Positions 44,904 through 56,120 of a stretch of DNA of 64,000 bases are shown in pieces (the stretch's first letter is position 1; each line of letters begins with the position of its first letter). A program made the translations under genes and the position numbers. The notes beneath the pieces were generated by a model, which did no database searches, was not told the origin of the DNA, and saw only the letters and a list, made by a program, of their open reading frames with translations. Origin of the DNA: an uncultured delta proteobacterium (lineage in GTDB: Bacteria; Desulfobacterota; Binatia; UBA9968); assembly GCA_963745035.1 (NCBI GenBank), contig CAVUVW010000023.1, positions 29,915 through 93,914 on the forward strand. The letters are read 5' to 3'.

Positions 44904-45904
44904 ATGAAGTCATCGATTAAATTTGCCCTTGTTGGGGCGATTCTTCTAAACCTGGTCGGTAGCGCAAACGCTCAAAGCTTAAAAAGGATTCGCATCGGTT
45001 ATCCGTCGTTGAGCTTCAGGCAAAGCAACGTCTGGGTGGCTAAGGAGATGGGGTTGTTCAACAAGTACGGTCTCGAAGTCGAGCCAATTTTCCTTCGCGG
45101 CGGACAAATGGCAACTCAGGCGCTGGTGGCCGGCGATCCGCCCATCGTCAATATCGGCACCGTGGTCCAGGCCAGCCTGCAAGGCTACAACCTCGTCCTG
45201 GTTGCCGCGGTGGAAACAATGTATGACCAAATCGTTTTTGCCCGCAAAGGGATCACACAAGCTTGAAGAGTTAAAAGGCAAGCGATTCGGCATCAGCGGC
45301 TTCGGCTCGGCGACCCATAACGCAGCCAATATATTGTTCAAGCACTTGAATATGGACGTCAACAAAGACGTCGCGCTGGTTCCCACAGGACCCGACGCGG
45401 AACGTTTCGGGGCAATGACCGCGGGCAGGATCGACGCGACATTTTTCACCTCCTCCGCTGCCGCGCCGGCACGAAAAGCCGGCCTCAATGAACTCTTCCA
45501 TGTCGCGGATTTGGGAGTTGAGGTCCAGGGGAACGGCTTTGCCACCTCCAAGAGCTACATCGCCAGCAACCGCGACACGGTGAAAAATGCGCTCAAAGGA
45601 TTTGTCGAAGCGATTTATTTTGTCTATGCGCAACAAAAAAGAAGCTCAGCAGGTCTTCGCCAAATATATGCGCACCAACGATCCGGAGATTCTCGAAGAT
45701 TCTTACAATGGTTACATCAAGTGGATTCCGAAAAAGCCCTACCCTACCCTCAAGGGCATCCAGTACATGCTCGACATCGTCGCGCCGCAATTACCGCAGG
45801 CGAAAAATGCCAAGCCCGAGCAATTCGTCGATCTGAGTTTCTTGCAGGAACTCGAGAAGGAAGGCTTCTTCAACGAGATGGCGAAACGGTATCCGACCAA
45901 ATAA
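44904..45904 (+). CDS. NitT/TauT substrate-binding protein (frameshifts)
   Basis: IRIGY, WVAKEMGLFNKYGL, LKGKRFGISGFGS, KPYPT. Confidence 0.82.
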
Positions 45905-45910
45905 AGCAAA

Positions 45911-45977
45911 TTGGAGTGATAGTAGACTGAATTGTTGGGTTTCCGAACCCATTACTCCATCACTCCAGTATTCCATT
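45911..45977. repeat. TGGAGT/TACTCCA repeat element
   Basis: ttggagtgatagtag ... cattactccatcactccagtattcca. Confidence 0.65.
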
Positions 45978-46003
45978 ATCGATTCTCAAAAGGAGGGAAC
46001 AAA

Positions 46004-46394
46004 ATGGCAACTAAAACTATTCAACCGGAGTCTTTGAACGATCCTAGACCCCGATATTCCCAAGGCATTCAGACGGAGGGCGGGAGGCTGCTTTTCATTG
46101 CCGGCCAGACCGCTTCGGATAAGAATGGAAACGTCGTCGGCAAGGGAGACATCAAAGCTCAAACCCGGCAGGTTTTCGACAATATCAAAGCAGTCTTGGA
46201 ATCAGCCGGCGGTTCGCTCGATAATCTGGTGATGACGACCACCTATATCACGGACCGAAAATACCGCGAAGGATACAACGAAGTGCGCCGCGGTCTTGTA
46301 CAAAAAAGATCCGCCGACGAGCACCCTTCTCATCGTCAGCGGCTTGGCCAACGAAGATTACATGATCGAGATCGCCGGAATCGCAGTAATCTAG
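46004..46394 (+). CDS. RidA/YjgF family protein (frameshift ~46300)
   Basis: YSQG, LFIAGQ, QTRQVFDNI, PPTST, IEI. Confidence 0.85.
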
Positions 46395-46398
46395 CGTT

Positions 46399-47397
46399 AT
46401 GAGGGTCACGGTTCTCGACGATTACCAGCATGCTTTCCAAAGCACGCCGGCGATCAAACGATTGCAGCAGCACGCCGACGTGCAAATCGTAACCGAGAAG
46501 TTACCGAGCCAAGACGCGATCGTCGGCGCGCTTGCGGGCTCGCGCGCCGTCATTCCGATTCGCGAGCGCACAAAGTTCAACGCATCTCTGTTGAGGGCAT
46601 TGCCGGATCTCGAATTCATCTCGCAAACGGGCAACCACGTTTATCACGTCGATATGGAAGCGGCGACCGCAGCAGGCATCCTCGTTGCCATGGCGCCTGG
46701 AGGCAACAGCACCACCGAGCTGGCTTTCGGTCTCATGCTCGCAGTCATGCGGCGTATTCCTCAGAGCGACGCGCGATGAGATGCGGCGAATGGCCGCTGG
46801 TGTTAGGCTATGTCCTTAAGGGAAAGACCCTGGGGATTTTAGGTTTGGGAAAAATCGGCACCGAGGTTGCGGCAATCGCGCGCGCGTTCGGCATGAAGGT
46901 CATCGCCTGGGGGCCAACCTTGACCGCCGAACGCGCCAGCCAATCGCAGACGACCTATATGGGGTTGGAAGACGTCCTGAGAAACGCCGACGTGATTTCC
47001 ATCCACCTGAAACTTTCCGATCAAAGCAAGAATCTTTTAAACGAAGAGCGGCTTGGTTAATGAAAAAAACCGCTTATCTGGTCAACACCGCGCGCGGCGC
47101 GATCGTCGATGAACAAGCTCTCGTCAGAGCATTAAAGAAGGCGCGATCGCCGGTGCCGCGCTCGACGTCTTCGTTGAAGAACCAATGCCGGCGAATCACC
47201 CGCTGCTGAAACTCACTAACGTCGTGCTCACTCCTCATCTCGGTTGGCCGACTGATTCCGGCTTCGAAGGCTTCGCAGAAAATGCCGTCACCAACATTCT
47301 CGATTACATCGACGGCAAACTGACGCGGGTCATCAACCCTGAAGCGCTGCATCATCGCGCGCGAGCGTACGTAGCCAGCCGAATCAGACCGCTCTGA
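46399..47397 (+). CDS. D-2-hydroxyacid dehydrogenase family (frameshifts)
   Basis: [37 protein letters not shown]. Confidence 0.88.
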
Positions 47398-48670
47398 TTT
47401 TTGTCGTGTGAAAGACGTGATTATCTTGATCGATGAATTCGACTAACGCCTGTGCCGGCTTAACGGCCGGGTCGACGGTTATTTTGGCGAAGTTGAAATT
47501 GTCGGCGAGAAAAAAATCGAAACGCCCCGCCGATCCATCCGTCACTCGATTCAACGGTGCAGCCAAAGGACCGGCGGTAATATCTTTGAGTCCGTGGCTA
47601 TTGGGGATGCTCGTCACCGCCGCATAATGAAGATCGGCGCTCAGGAACACCACACCGGTTATTCGCTTCTTTTTATAAAGCGCAGGAGCTCCGCCCGCTC
47701 CACCGGATAGCCGTCCCAACGGTCAATACCGCCGCCGGCCATCGGCACCGAAGTCGCCACGAACTTAAACATTGCGGAAGAGTCGGCCAGGCCTTTAAAT
47801 AACCAATCCTTCTGTGCTTTACCCAGCATAGTCGCCGCTCCGGGCTGCCGATACTGCCGCGTGTCTAGCAGAAATAGTTCCATGCCCTTGGCCCCAACGA
47901 AACGAGCGGTAGATCCGATCCGCTTCATCAGGGTGGCGCCGAACCGGCCAATAATCGAAGAACGCCTTTCTCCCGGTTGGCGCCAGCGGATTGCCGGCAA
48001 AATAATCGTTCACGACTTCGTGATCGTCCCAGACGACATAAGTGCTGGTCTCGAAGAAACAGAGCTGGCTAGCGGGATCGTTACGATTGGCGCGGTACTT
48101 TGCCCAAAAATCACTCAACTGGCGCGCTGGCGCGCCGAAATCCGCATAGACGGTGTCGCCTAGATAAAGAAAGAAATTAGGTTTTTGCGCTCGCACCGCG
48201 TTCATGATCGTAAACGGTTGATAGCTTTCGCGGCTATCGCCGCTGAAACAAAACGAAACTTTAGCCGCATCAGTGATACGTGGCGCGGTTAGAAAGCTGG
48301 CGAGATAACCTGGTTTTTTGCCTGCCACTGCGGCGTAATAAAAATAAGTTGTTCCGGGCTCGAGCTTGTCCAGTTCAATTCTCACCGTGTAGTCGGCGTC
48401 TTTATCAACCGGAAATGGGCCGACGGAAGAGAACCGACTAAAAGTTGGCTCATCGCTGTAGTGCAGCACAACCCGGCTTCCCGGCTCGGCGCGCAGCCAG
48501 ATGATCGCGCCATCGGATGTGACATCGCCGGCGACGTAACAGAGCGACAAACCGGTGTCTCTATCGCTGCCGATGAGAGCGGGAGCGCAGGACGATTGAC
48601 TCAAGAGCGCCGGCATGGCGAGGCCGGCGCCGGTCACCATTCGAAGGAATTCTCTGCGTGTCACGTCCAA
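47384..48670 (-). CDS. phoD: Tat-exported PhoD-like alkaline phosphatase (frameshifts)
   Basis: TRREFL Tat motif; GDTVYAD, WDDHEV, LDTRQYR, DRWDGY, SADLH. Confidence 0.85.
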
Positions 48671-49177
48671 TTAGACCTGGAAATGGACTTTGTTCCAGAT
48701 CACCTCGCAGAGCCAACCTGCGAGCACCGGAAAGAAGAAGCTGACAGCGAAGCGAATCGCCACGATTTTCGGTCCAAGAAAAGGAATCTCCCACATGATC
48801 ACTCGCTGCAGACCGAAAAGAGACCAGGCGGTGAGATAAGCTACCAAAGGTCCGACGCCGATGCCTACCTTGTACAACGATGCGATCACCGGGAAGTGAG
48901 TCATCGGCCCGCCGGGCGTCACGCTGCCTAGCAGCATGCCAATCATGAGTCCCTTGTTTCCCGATTCATGGCCCATCCAGCGAACGATCAGTTCCTGTGG
49001 AACCACCGCCTGAATCAAACCGGCAAGCGTGAAGGCGGCAATCATGCGCGGTATGATTTCAATGATCAACGAAACGGTCGCATTCAAGCCATCATTTGCG
49101 GCTTGCGGCGACTTCCAATAGACGATGACCAGGGTCACGATCGCGGCCGCCAGCATCACAATGGTGGACGTGTCCAT
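48671..49177 (-). CDS. Predicted permease (DUF318-like)
   Basis: GSVTPGGP, LVAYLTAWSL, EIPFLG; hydrophobic. Confidence 0.75.
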   Translation of the reverse strand: MDTSTIVMLAAAIVTLVIVYWKSPQAANDGLNATVSLIIEIIPRMIAAFTLAGLIQAVVPQELIVRWMGHESGNKGLMIGMLLGSVTPGGPMTHFPVIASLYKVGIGVGPLVAYLTAWSLFGLQRVIMWEIPFLGPKIVAIRFAVSFFFPVLAGWLCEVIWNKVHFQV

Positions 49178-49480
49178 AGATCTCCTTAGGATAAGGCGTA
49201 ATTTCTGGGAGTTGAGCATTGCTGAAGTTTCGACCGGACATGAAGCGTAGCCGTCAACTTTAAACGGCAACCCGCGATTTTTCAAGCAGACTGATAGCGC
49301 CACCCATTTGACTTGCATGGTGAAGCTATAGTTTCTATAGGCTTCTAGGCTAGTGTCTTGTCCGGAAAATTGATGAACAAAAAGACTCTAACGTCGTGGC
49401 CGCGATGCTAGCCGACAGCTGAATGTGACTATAAAGTCGCAGAGCCAAAACCTAAGTTAACTGATCAGGAGGAGAACGAC

Positions 49481-50765
49481 GTGACATTTGATCCGGAAAC
49501 GGCAACTAAAGTCTTAGCGCAAATCGACCGGGAGGAGCTCGCTCAGTTGGGTTGCGATCTCACCAGCATTCCTAGCCCGACCGGCCAGGAAAAGGCCATC
49601 GGCGAATTCATTTTGAACTGGTTTGCAACCAATGGCCTTAAAGCCGTCCGACAAGATGTCGAGTTCGACCGTCCCAATGCCGTCGGGATCGTCAAGGGGG
49701 ACGGTACCGGATTGAGCCTGGGCTTTAACGGCCATACCGACACCAGCTTCACCGGCACGGCGGAGGACGCGCGCATGGTTGCCAACCTGGAGCCGGAATC
49801 GGAACTGAAGGGGATGATCAAGAACGGCAAAGTCCAGGGTTTGGGCATTTCGAACATGAAAGGCGGCGTCGCAGCCTTTATGATCGCCGGCAAAGCGCTC
49901 AAGAAAAGCGGCGTCAAGCTCAAGGGCGACGTCATCCTTGCGGCGGTGGTCGGCGAAATTTCGCGCACTCCGATCGGACCGTGGCAAACCAAGGAATACC
50001 GCGGCGAAGGCGCCGGCACGCGACACCTGCTGACCCACGGCATGCATTCCGACTATGCGGTCGTCGCCGACGGTTCGGATTTGAACGTCGTCTGGACGCA
50101 AACCGGGGTCGTCCAGGCCAAAATTCAGACCTTCGGTAAGGCCGAAGCCGCCTGGGGCTCAAATCGCGCGACCCATCCGATGGAAAAATTCAACGCCATC
50201 GTTAAGATGACCAAGATCATCGAAGCCGTTGAACATTGGGGCACCGAGTTCGAAAAAAAATACATCTACAACTCCCCTACCGGTCCGCTCTATCCCAAGG
50301 TGAACATTGGCGGCATCGAAGGCGGCGCCCCCTATCGGCCGAACTACTTTCCAGGCGTCTGCACGATCTATGTCGATGTGCGCATGCCGCCGCAGGTCAG
50401 GCCGGTGACGATCAAGCAGGAGTTGGAAAGCGCGTTAAACCGCAGCGGCGTTGAATACGACATGGAGATTTACAAGTCGCTCCTCGGTCATGAGGGTAAA
50501 GGGATCGAGCCGCTGGTTAAATCGGCCGAGGAAGTCTACCAGTATTTATTTAAAGAAAAGCTCAAACCCGAGGTGCCTGATCGAGCCAGCATCTGGACCG
50601 ACACCAACGTTTACAACGAGCTCGGTATACCGGCTGATCAAGATCGGCCCCCGGGGCCGGCGCATAGGCCCGAGAAACGAAGAAATCGAAATTGACGTGA
50701 TGGTCAAAGCAGCGCAGATCTATGCCTTGATGGCTCTGGACATCTGCAGCCGCGAACGGCCGTAA
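49481..50765 (+). CDS. M20/ArgE-like peptidase/deacylase (frameshift ~50630)
   Basis: IPSPTGQE, FNGHTDT, NMKGG, VVGEI, DVR. Confidence 0.85.
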
Positions 50766-50794
50766 GACGCTTTATACCGCTGACTTTGCGAAGA

Positions 50795-51752
50795 TCATCT
50801 TTTCAGTTTCTCAACGATCCTCGTGTCGTAGAACTGATTTACAGGCGCATCCTTTGCTGCCGGCAGCACCGTACCGCCCAAGAATTTTAGAATTTGTTCG
50901 AAACCTCGTTCACTAAAGGTCAGATCTTTATTGAACCCGGCCTGCTTGGTAAAAAACTCGTAGGTCTTTTCCAGGGTCACAGGATCGTTGTCTCTCGTGT
51001 ATTTAGCAACGACACTCTTGGCTAACTGTGGATTCTCATACCACGCGTTGATGCCGCGACGGACCGCGGTCAACAACCGTAGCCAGATGTCCGCCTTTCT
51101 TTCAACTTCAGCTTTTCTAACGACCAGACCGATATTCTGGTAAGGCAAGTCGTACGTGTCGGTTAGCCTTGTGTATCCTTGCGCATCCGCTTTGAAGCTC
51201 ACAGGCGGCGTTAGCGCCGATGCCGCAATCTGCTTGGATTGTAGCGCGGACCACTGGATTGCCGATCCGCCGAGACGCAACAATTGAACATCGCTTTCGG
51301 GTTTCAAACCGAGCTTGTTCAGAGCCGTCCTTACTCCGTAATCATTCGGCGTGCCCAGGCGGTCTGCGCCCACCAGTTTGCCTCGGAGTTGCTCAGCCGA
51401 CTTGAACTCCTTCTGTGCGTGAAAGGAAAAAATCATCTTGTTGAGCAGTCCGGCTATCATAGTGATATTCCCGCCCGCGAGGACCACCGGAACAATACCT
51501 GGAGCGGAAATCTGTACGGCATCGACCTCGCCGGCTACGATAGCCGCTATCGCAGCGCTCGCTTGGATCATATACCAGTTCGACATCAAGCCCTTCGGTG
51601 TGGAAGGCGGACGAGGCTGCGGCCATCCAAATCGGTGCCATAGCGCCGATGGGTGAAACATAAGCGATCCTAAGCTTGTCCAGCTTGTCTGCCGCGAGCG
51701 CGGGAATTGCCGGGCGCAAAATGAACAGCTCAAGGATCACAAGCGCAAGCAT
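50795..51752 (-). CDS. NitT/TauT substrate-binding protein (frameshift ~51575)
   Basis: LRIAY, PIWMA, LRGKLVG, LTPP. Confidence 0.8.
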
Positions 51753-51780
51753 CTGGCCTCCGTCTTATCCTTTGCATGGC

Positions 51781-53408
51781 TTAGCTCCGCTGCTTATCAC
51801 TAAGCAGTGCATGCTCGACGGCCATCCTTCCAAAGGTCATCCCGCCAAGCAACGTCAGACCCGCCTGGTAGCCGGCGCCATACTCCGTGCGTACCCTCAC
51901 GGTGCCGCCCGCGTATAAGCGCGGGATTGCGTGTCCGCGCAAATGCATGACTCGGCCGTGAATGTCCGTATAAAGCCCGGCAGACGATGATTCCGTAGGC
52001 GTCAGTTCCACGCCGTAGAACGGCGCCTTTTCCAACGGTCCCAAGTTGGGGTTGATCGGGTGTTTGGTGTCGCCGACTTTGCGAATCCATAAAGACTGAC
52101 CGCGACCAAATTCCGGATCCAATCCCGCGCGCGCATTTTCATTGAATCTGGCCACCGTTTGCTGCGAGTTGCCCCGCATCAATGTCCAATTGCCGTGCGA
52201 GATCGGCAAGCGACTCAGCTTGCTTGATCCAATCCGGCAGCGGCGTTCCGGGCGGAATATTGGCAAATGGATAGCGCTCTCTAAATTGAGAATCAAACAG
52301 CAGAAAGAACGGAATGTTTGCGTAGCGATGCTTCGTGACTACATCGAATTCTCTGAGCTTTACGACAAACTCTTGAAAGAAGGCCTCATTGCCGAATCGC
52401 CTGCCGTCAGAATTTACCACGATGGAATGAGGATAGGCCAATTCTTGGATGCCGGCGGAGTGAAACTCAGGCTCACCTTCGGGGCGCGGGATCCAGTAGC
52501 CGACCATGGAACTCAAGCTAGTCGGAATATTCCGAATAAACGCTCCGAGTTCTCCGGCCATAAGGAGTCCGTCACCCGTCTGTGTCGGCGGATGGTGCGG
52601 AGCGGAATTGGGAAACGATTGGTAAGCGCGAACGAACTCAGGGTTGCTTTCATATCCACCGGTGCCGAGAAAGACGCCGCGATCACCTTTGGATCTGTTG
52701 CGCGCTGTCTCCCATTCTTACTTCAACACCAGCGATCCGGCCGTCCTGCAGCAGGAGCCTTGTCGCCGGCGATTGCGTCAAAATGGTCACGCCATTTTCT
52801 AAACACTTCAGGAGCAGCCATGCCACCAATCCTTGACCCGCCGCATAGAGAGAGGCCGCATGCTCGAGGTTTTCACGAGCCCAAGAATAACGATTGCCAA
52901 GTCCTCCCCATTTGATTGCCTCAGACCAGGAAACGCCTCCAGGCATGTACGGGCTTTCCAAAAGAGCGGGAGCGCCGTCAGGCAGGGCATTCTTTGGCAG
53001 CGGCACTACTTCGAGTGTGCGACCGAGACCGAGTGAACCCGGCGCGCCCGGAAAGTAATGGTCGGGAAGACCCTCGATCATTCGAAATGGAACACCCAGC
53101 CGGGCAAATGCCTCAATCGTTACGGCCGCCTCTGTTGCGTACAGGCGCATCTTTTCTTCTTCAGCAAATCCGCCCGAAAGGAAGCGCAGGTATTCGAGCC
53201 CCTGTTCATTAGAATCGTGCAGCCCGGCGGCGCGCTGAAGCGCATTGTTGGGCGCCCAAAGTCCGCCGTAAGAATATGCGGTGGCTCCGCCTACAACAGG
53301 TGCTTTCTCCACGACAATCGCCTTTAGACCGCGGTGTGCCGCCCATAAGGCACTTGCCAAACCTGACGCTCCCGAGCCAACAGCTATCCAATCATAATGC
53401 AGATCCAT
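51781..53408 (-). CDS. FAD-dependent oxidoreductase, 3-ketosteroid-dehydrogenase-like (frameshifts)
   Basis: VGSGASG, EK..VGGATAYSYG, VNSDGRRFGNE, DPEFGRG, APFYG, IPRLYAGG. Confidence 0.8.
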
Positions 53409-53438
53409 GAATCGCCCTTTCAGCCGCAACTAACGAAA

Positions 53439-53546
53439 TCTCGTCTGGCAATTGTGGAAGCGGCGAACTTCGCAATCCGGTTCAATTCCAAGATCGAGAA
53501 CTACCAGAGAAAGAAGTCCAAGAGCAACGCCACGACCGTGGCTTTT
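53439..53546 (+). pseudogene. Remnant of IS110-family transposase C-terminus
   Basis: Translates AIVEAANFAIRFNSKIENYQRKKSKSN..VA, resembling the conserved IS110 C-terminal helix; no full ORF. Confidence 0.55.
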
Positions 53547-53673
53547 CAGAGCTTTTCGGAAAAGCAGCGGTCCATATTGGACGAACCGCAAATGGAAACT
53601 GAATTGACAAGTTGTTGGTCGAAAAGGTAGAGGTTGCGCAACTGTGATTTTGGTAATCATTAATATACTGGTC

Positions 53674-53693
53674 CGTATACTCGCTGGTTAGCC
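53674..53693 (+). promoter_or_regulatory. Possible attI-like site at head of cassette array
   Basis: cgtatac-tcgctg-GTTAGCC, 53 nt before first cassette gene; AT-rich upstream with TTGACA and TATACT. Confidence 0.35.
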
Positions 53694-53745
53694 CGTTTAA
53701 ACGACTACCGTTCCGATGACATCAACTCAATAAAGGAGAATACCG

Positions 53746-54060
53746 ATGAAGTACATGATCAGCTGGTTCGAACGTCCGCAAGGATCGCCTACGGAGTACG
53801 AGAATGCCCAGAAGCGAATACTGGAGGTTTTCACTCAATGGAAGGCGCCCGACAATTTCAAGATCGAGTTGTTCGTGGTGCGGGTAGGCGATTGGGGTGG
53901 GTATATGTTGGTGGACTGCGATGATCCGTTGACCGTTCACAAGTTCTGCTCGACCCTCCCTGCTTTTGTATTCGAAGCACGGCCAGTGGTTCCCGTTATG
54001 GACGCTGTCCGGGTGGAGCTTGAAGCGATTGCCTTTCGTGATGGGCTAAAAGGCGAGTAA
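53746..54060 (+). CDS. DUF3303-like protein (cassette 1)
   Basis: MKYMISW...FEARPVVPV; AAGGAG RBS. Confidence 0.75.
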   Translation: MKYMISWFERPQGSPTEYENAQKRILEVFTQWKAPDNFKIELFVVRVGDWGGYMLVDCDDPLTVHKFCSTLPAFVFEARPVVPVMDAVRVELEAIAFRDGLKGE

Positions 54061-54135
54061 CATTCGAGAGGATCGAATCGCATTTGCCGAGTCTGCGAAA
54101 GATGTATTCACGATGAGTTTGATAAACGCCGTGTG

Positions 54136-54194
54136 GCCTACCCATGCGCTGCAGCGAACGGCTCCGGCTGTCGCTGAGCTTGGGGTCGTTATGT
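54136..54194 (+). repeat. attC site 1 (degenerate R'')
   Basis: GCCTACCcatgcgctgcagcgaacggctccggctgtcgctgagcttggggtcGTTATGT. Confidence 0.7.
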
Positions 54195-54242
54195 TTCTGC
54201 AACAACCTCGCCCACCGCGAGTAACGACCAGTGGAGGGAGCA

Positions 54243-54509
54243 ATGCGCACCGTGATCATCATTGTTGGAGGCTTTGTGCTTTGGGCAGTTTGCCTGGGAA
54301 TAGCAAAGTTCCTTGCGAGGTCCAGCACTACGTCCATGACTACAGCAACGGCGGCATTTGTCGCCATTTGGTTTGTGGCAGCTGCTTCAAACATGTGGAT
54401 TGGCGTCTCGCAGGCTGGCTATTCGTTCCAGGAGGAGTTGCCAATCTTTCTATTGATATTTTTGCTGCCGGTAGGGCTAGCGGTCTTGGCGAAGTGGAAG
54501 TTTCTTTGA
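54243..54509 (+). CDS. Small three-TM membrane protein (cassette 2)
   Basis: 88 aa, hydrophobic, NMWIGVSQAGYSFQEELPIF; GGAG RBS. Confidence 0.75.
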   Translation: MRTVIIIVGGFVLWAVCLGIAKFLARSSTTSMTTATAAFVAIWFVAAASNMWIGVSQAGYSFQEELPIFLLIFLLPVGLAVLAKWKFL

Positions 54510-54577
54510 GCAAGTACGAGATCTGGGGGTATGCCTCGGGTGTTCTCGAGCGAGTGCTCGCGGGGGTGCCAGTGCCG

Positions 54578-55507
54578 TGTCAGACTTGCGTTAAATGCGC
54601 AGAAGTAATAGAAGCACTTTATGCCACGTCATCCACGCGTACACGCCCCGGGACTGCTCTATCACGTCATGGCGCGAGGTAATAATGGTCAAAAGGTATT
54701 CGCGAGCGACCAGGACTACGAGGCTTTTTTAGATCAAATTCTTGTGGTGCGGGGGCGTTATCCGTTTTATCTCTACGCTTACGTTTTGATGCCGAATCAC
54801 TTCCACTTGTTATTGGAGGTTCAAGAAGCGCCAACAGCTCGGATCATGCAATCGCTGCTCACCGGTTATGTTCGGCGCTTTAACCGGATCCATCGACACA
54901 AGGGCCATCTTTTTCAGGGGCGCTACAAGGCCATTGTGTGCGATCGAGATAGCTATCTAATGGAATTGGTGCGCTACATTCATCTTAATCCGCAACGCGC
55001 CAAGATGGTGAGGCAGCCTGGGCAATGGCCGTGGTCGGGACATGGAGAATACTTACAAACGAACCATCGTGGATTGATTGATCCCAGCCCAGTGATGGAT
55101 GAACTGAGGACACCGAAACGCTATGAAGCATTTATCCGCGAGGGAGCTAAACAACCGTACCGAGCGGAATGGCATCCAGGAGAACAGGCCCCGTTTCTTG
55201 GGCCAGGGGAGTTTGAAAAGAAACTCGCGAGGCCAAGAAAGAAGGATTTCCGTCGGCAACCGCTCGCGTTAGAAGTATTAATGCGGCGGGTGGCAAAACA
55301 AAGTGGAATAGATCCGCAAGCGGTACGGGGAGGAGGGCGTACGAGGTTATTAGGAGAAGTGCGACGGCGGTTTATTGAAGCGGCTGTCCTGGAACAGGGA
55401 TACCGACCGGTGGAGGTAGCCGTTTTCCTGGGCTGTCATGCCTCCAATGTGAGCCGCGCATTGCAACGAACAGCCAACGCGATTAAGCAAATAACGCAAG
55501 TCTGACA
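54578..55507 (+). mobile_element. HUH Y1-transposase element bounded by perfect 16-bp inverted repeats
   Basis: TGTCAGACTTGCGTTA (54578-54593) / TAACGCAAGTCTGACA (55492-55507); outer GGGG/CCCC motifs. Confidence 0.8.
54621..55505 (+). CDS. RAYT/IS200-like Y1 HUH transposase with C-terminal HTH
   Basis: YHVMARGN, YVLMPNHFHLL (HUH), GHLFQGRYKA, YIHLNP, WPWSG; C-terminal VAVFLGCHASNVSRA. Confidence 0.9.
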   Translation: MPRHPRVHAPGLLYHVMARGNNGQKVFASDQDYEAFLDQILVVRGRYPFYLYAYVLMPNHFHLLLEVQEAPTARIMQSLLTGYVRRFNRIHRHKGHLFQGRYKAIVCDRDSYLMELVRYIHLNPQRAKMVRQPGQWPWSGHGEYLQTNHRGLIDPSPVMDELRTPKRYEAFIREGAKQPYRAEWHPGEQAPFLGPGEFEKKLARPRKKDFRRQPLALEVLMRRVAKQSGIDPQAVRGGGRTRLLGEVRRRFIEAAVLEQGYRPVEVAVFLGCHASNVSRALQRTANAIKQITQV

Positions 55508-55600
55508 TGGGGCCCCTGGGTTTCGTGTTCGTCGCCAAGTGGGGATGTGGATTCAACCGGCAGATCGCCCAATTTGCTAAAAGATATGGGAGAAAACCTA

Positions 55601-55945
55601 ATGCAGATCTATTATCTTGAAATCGTGACCAAGGACGTCGATACGGTGTGTGCCGTGTACGCCGCCGCGAACGGACTGGAGTTCGGCGACGCTGACGCCG
55701 CACTTGGCAACGCACGTACAGCGGCTCTGTCGGGAGGAGGCTTGGTCGGGGTGCGTGCGCCCCTGCGCGAGTCAGAGGAGCCGGTGGTTCGTCCCTATTG
55801 GCTCGTGGACGATATCGAATCTGCAATTGCTGCAGCGGCAGATACCGGCGCCAAGGTCGCCCTTCCGCCGATGAAGATTGCTCGCCACGGCACATGCGCC
55901 ATCTACATCGAAGGAGGAGTCGAACACGGCCTGTGGCAGAGGTAG
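55601..55945 (+). CDS. VOC/glyoxalase-like protein (cassette)
   Basis: YLEIVT, RPYWLVDDIE, PPMKI..HG..AIY, HGLWQ. Confidence 0.8.
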   Translation: MQIYYLEIVTKDVDTVCAVYAAANGLEFGDADAALGNARTAALSGGGLVGVRAPLRESEEPVVRPYWLVDDIESAIAAAADTGAKVALPPMKIARHGTCAIYIEGGVEHGLWQR

Positions 55946-55970
55946 CCGTACGATGTGGGCAGTCGCATTC

Positions 55971-56096
55971 GCCTAACAAGGCGCTGCAGCGAACCGCCGC
56001 CCCGCTTTGCAGTCGGGCGGTTCGGGAGAACTTGTTCGCGACTGTTACAGCCGGCAGAGCGTTTCCGGCGGCGGTCGCTGAGCTTGGTCGTTATGC
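55971..56096 (+). repeat. attC site 2
   Basis: GCCTAACaaggcgctgcagcgaaccgccgc...gcggcggtcgctgagcttggtcGTTATGC. Confidence 0.88.
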
Positions 56097-56120
56097 GGCT
56101 TGGTTGCAATGCCGAGACAT

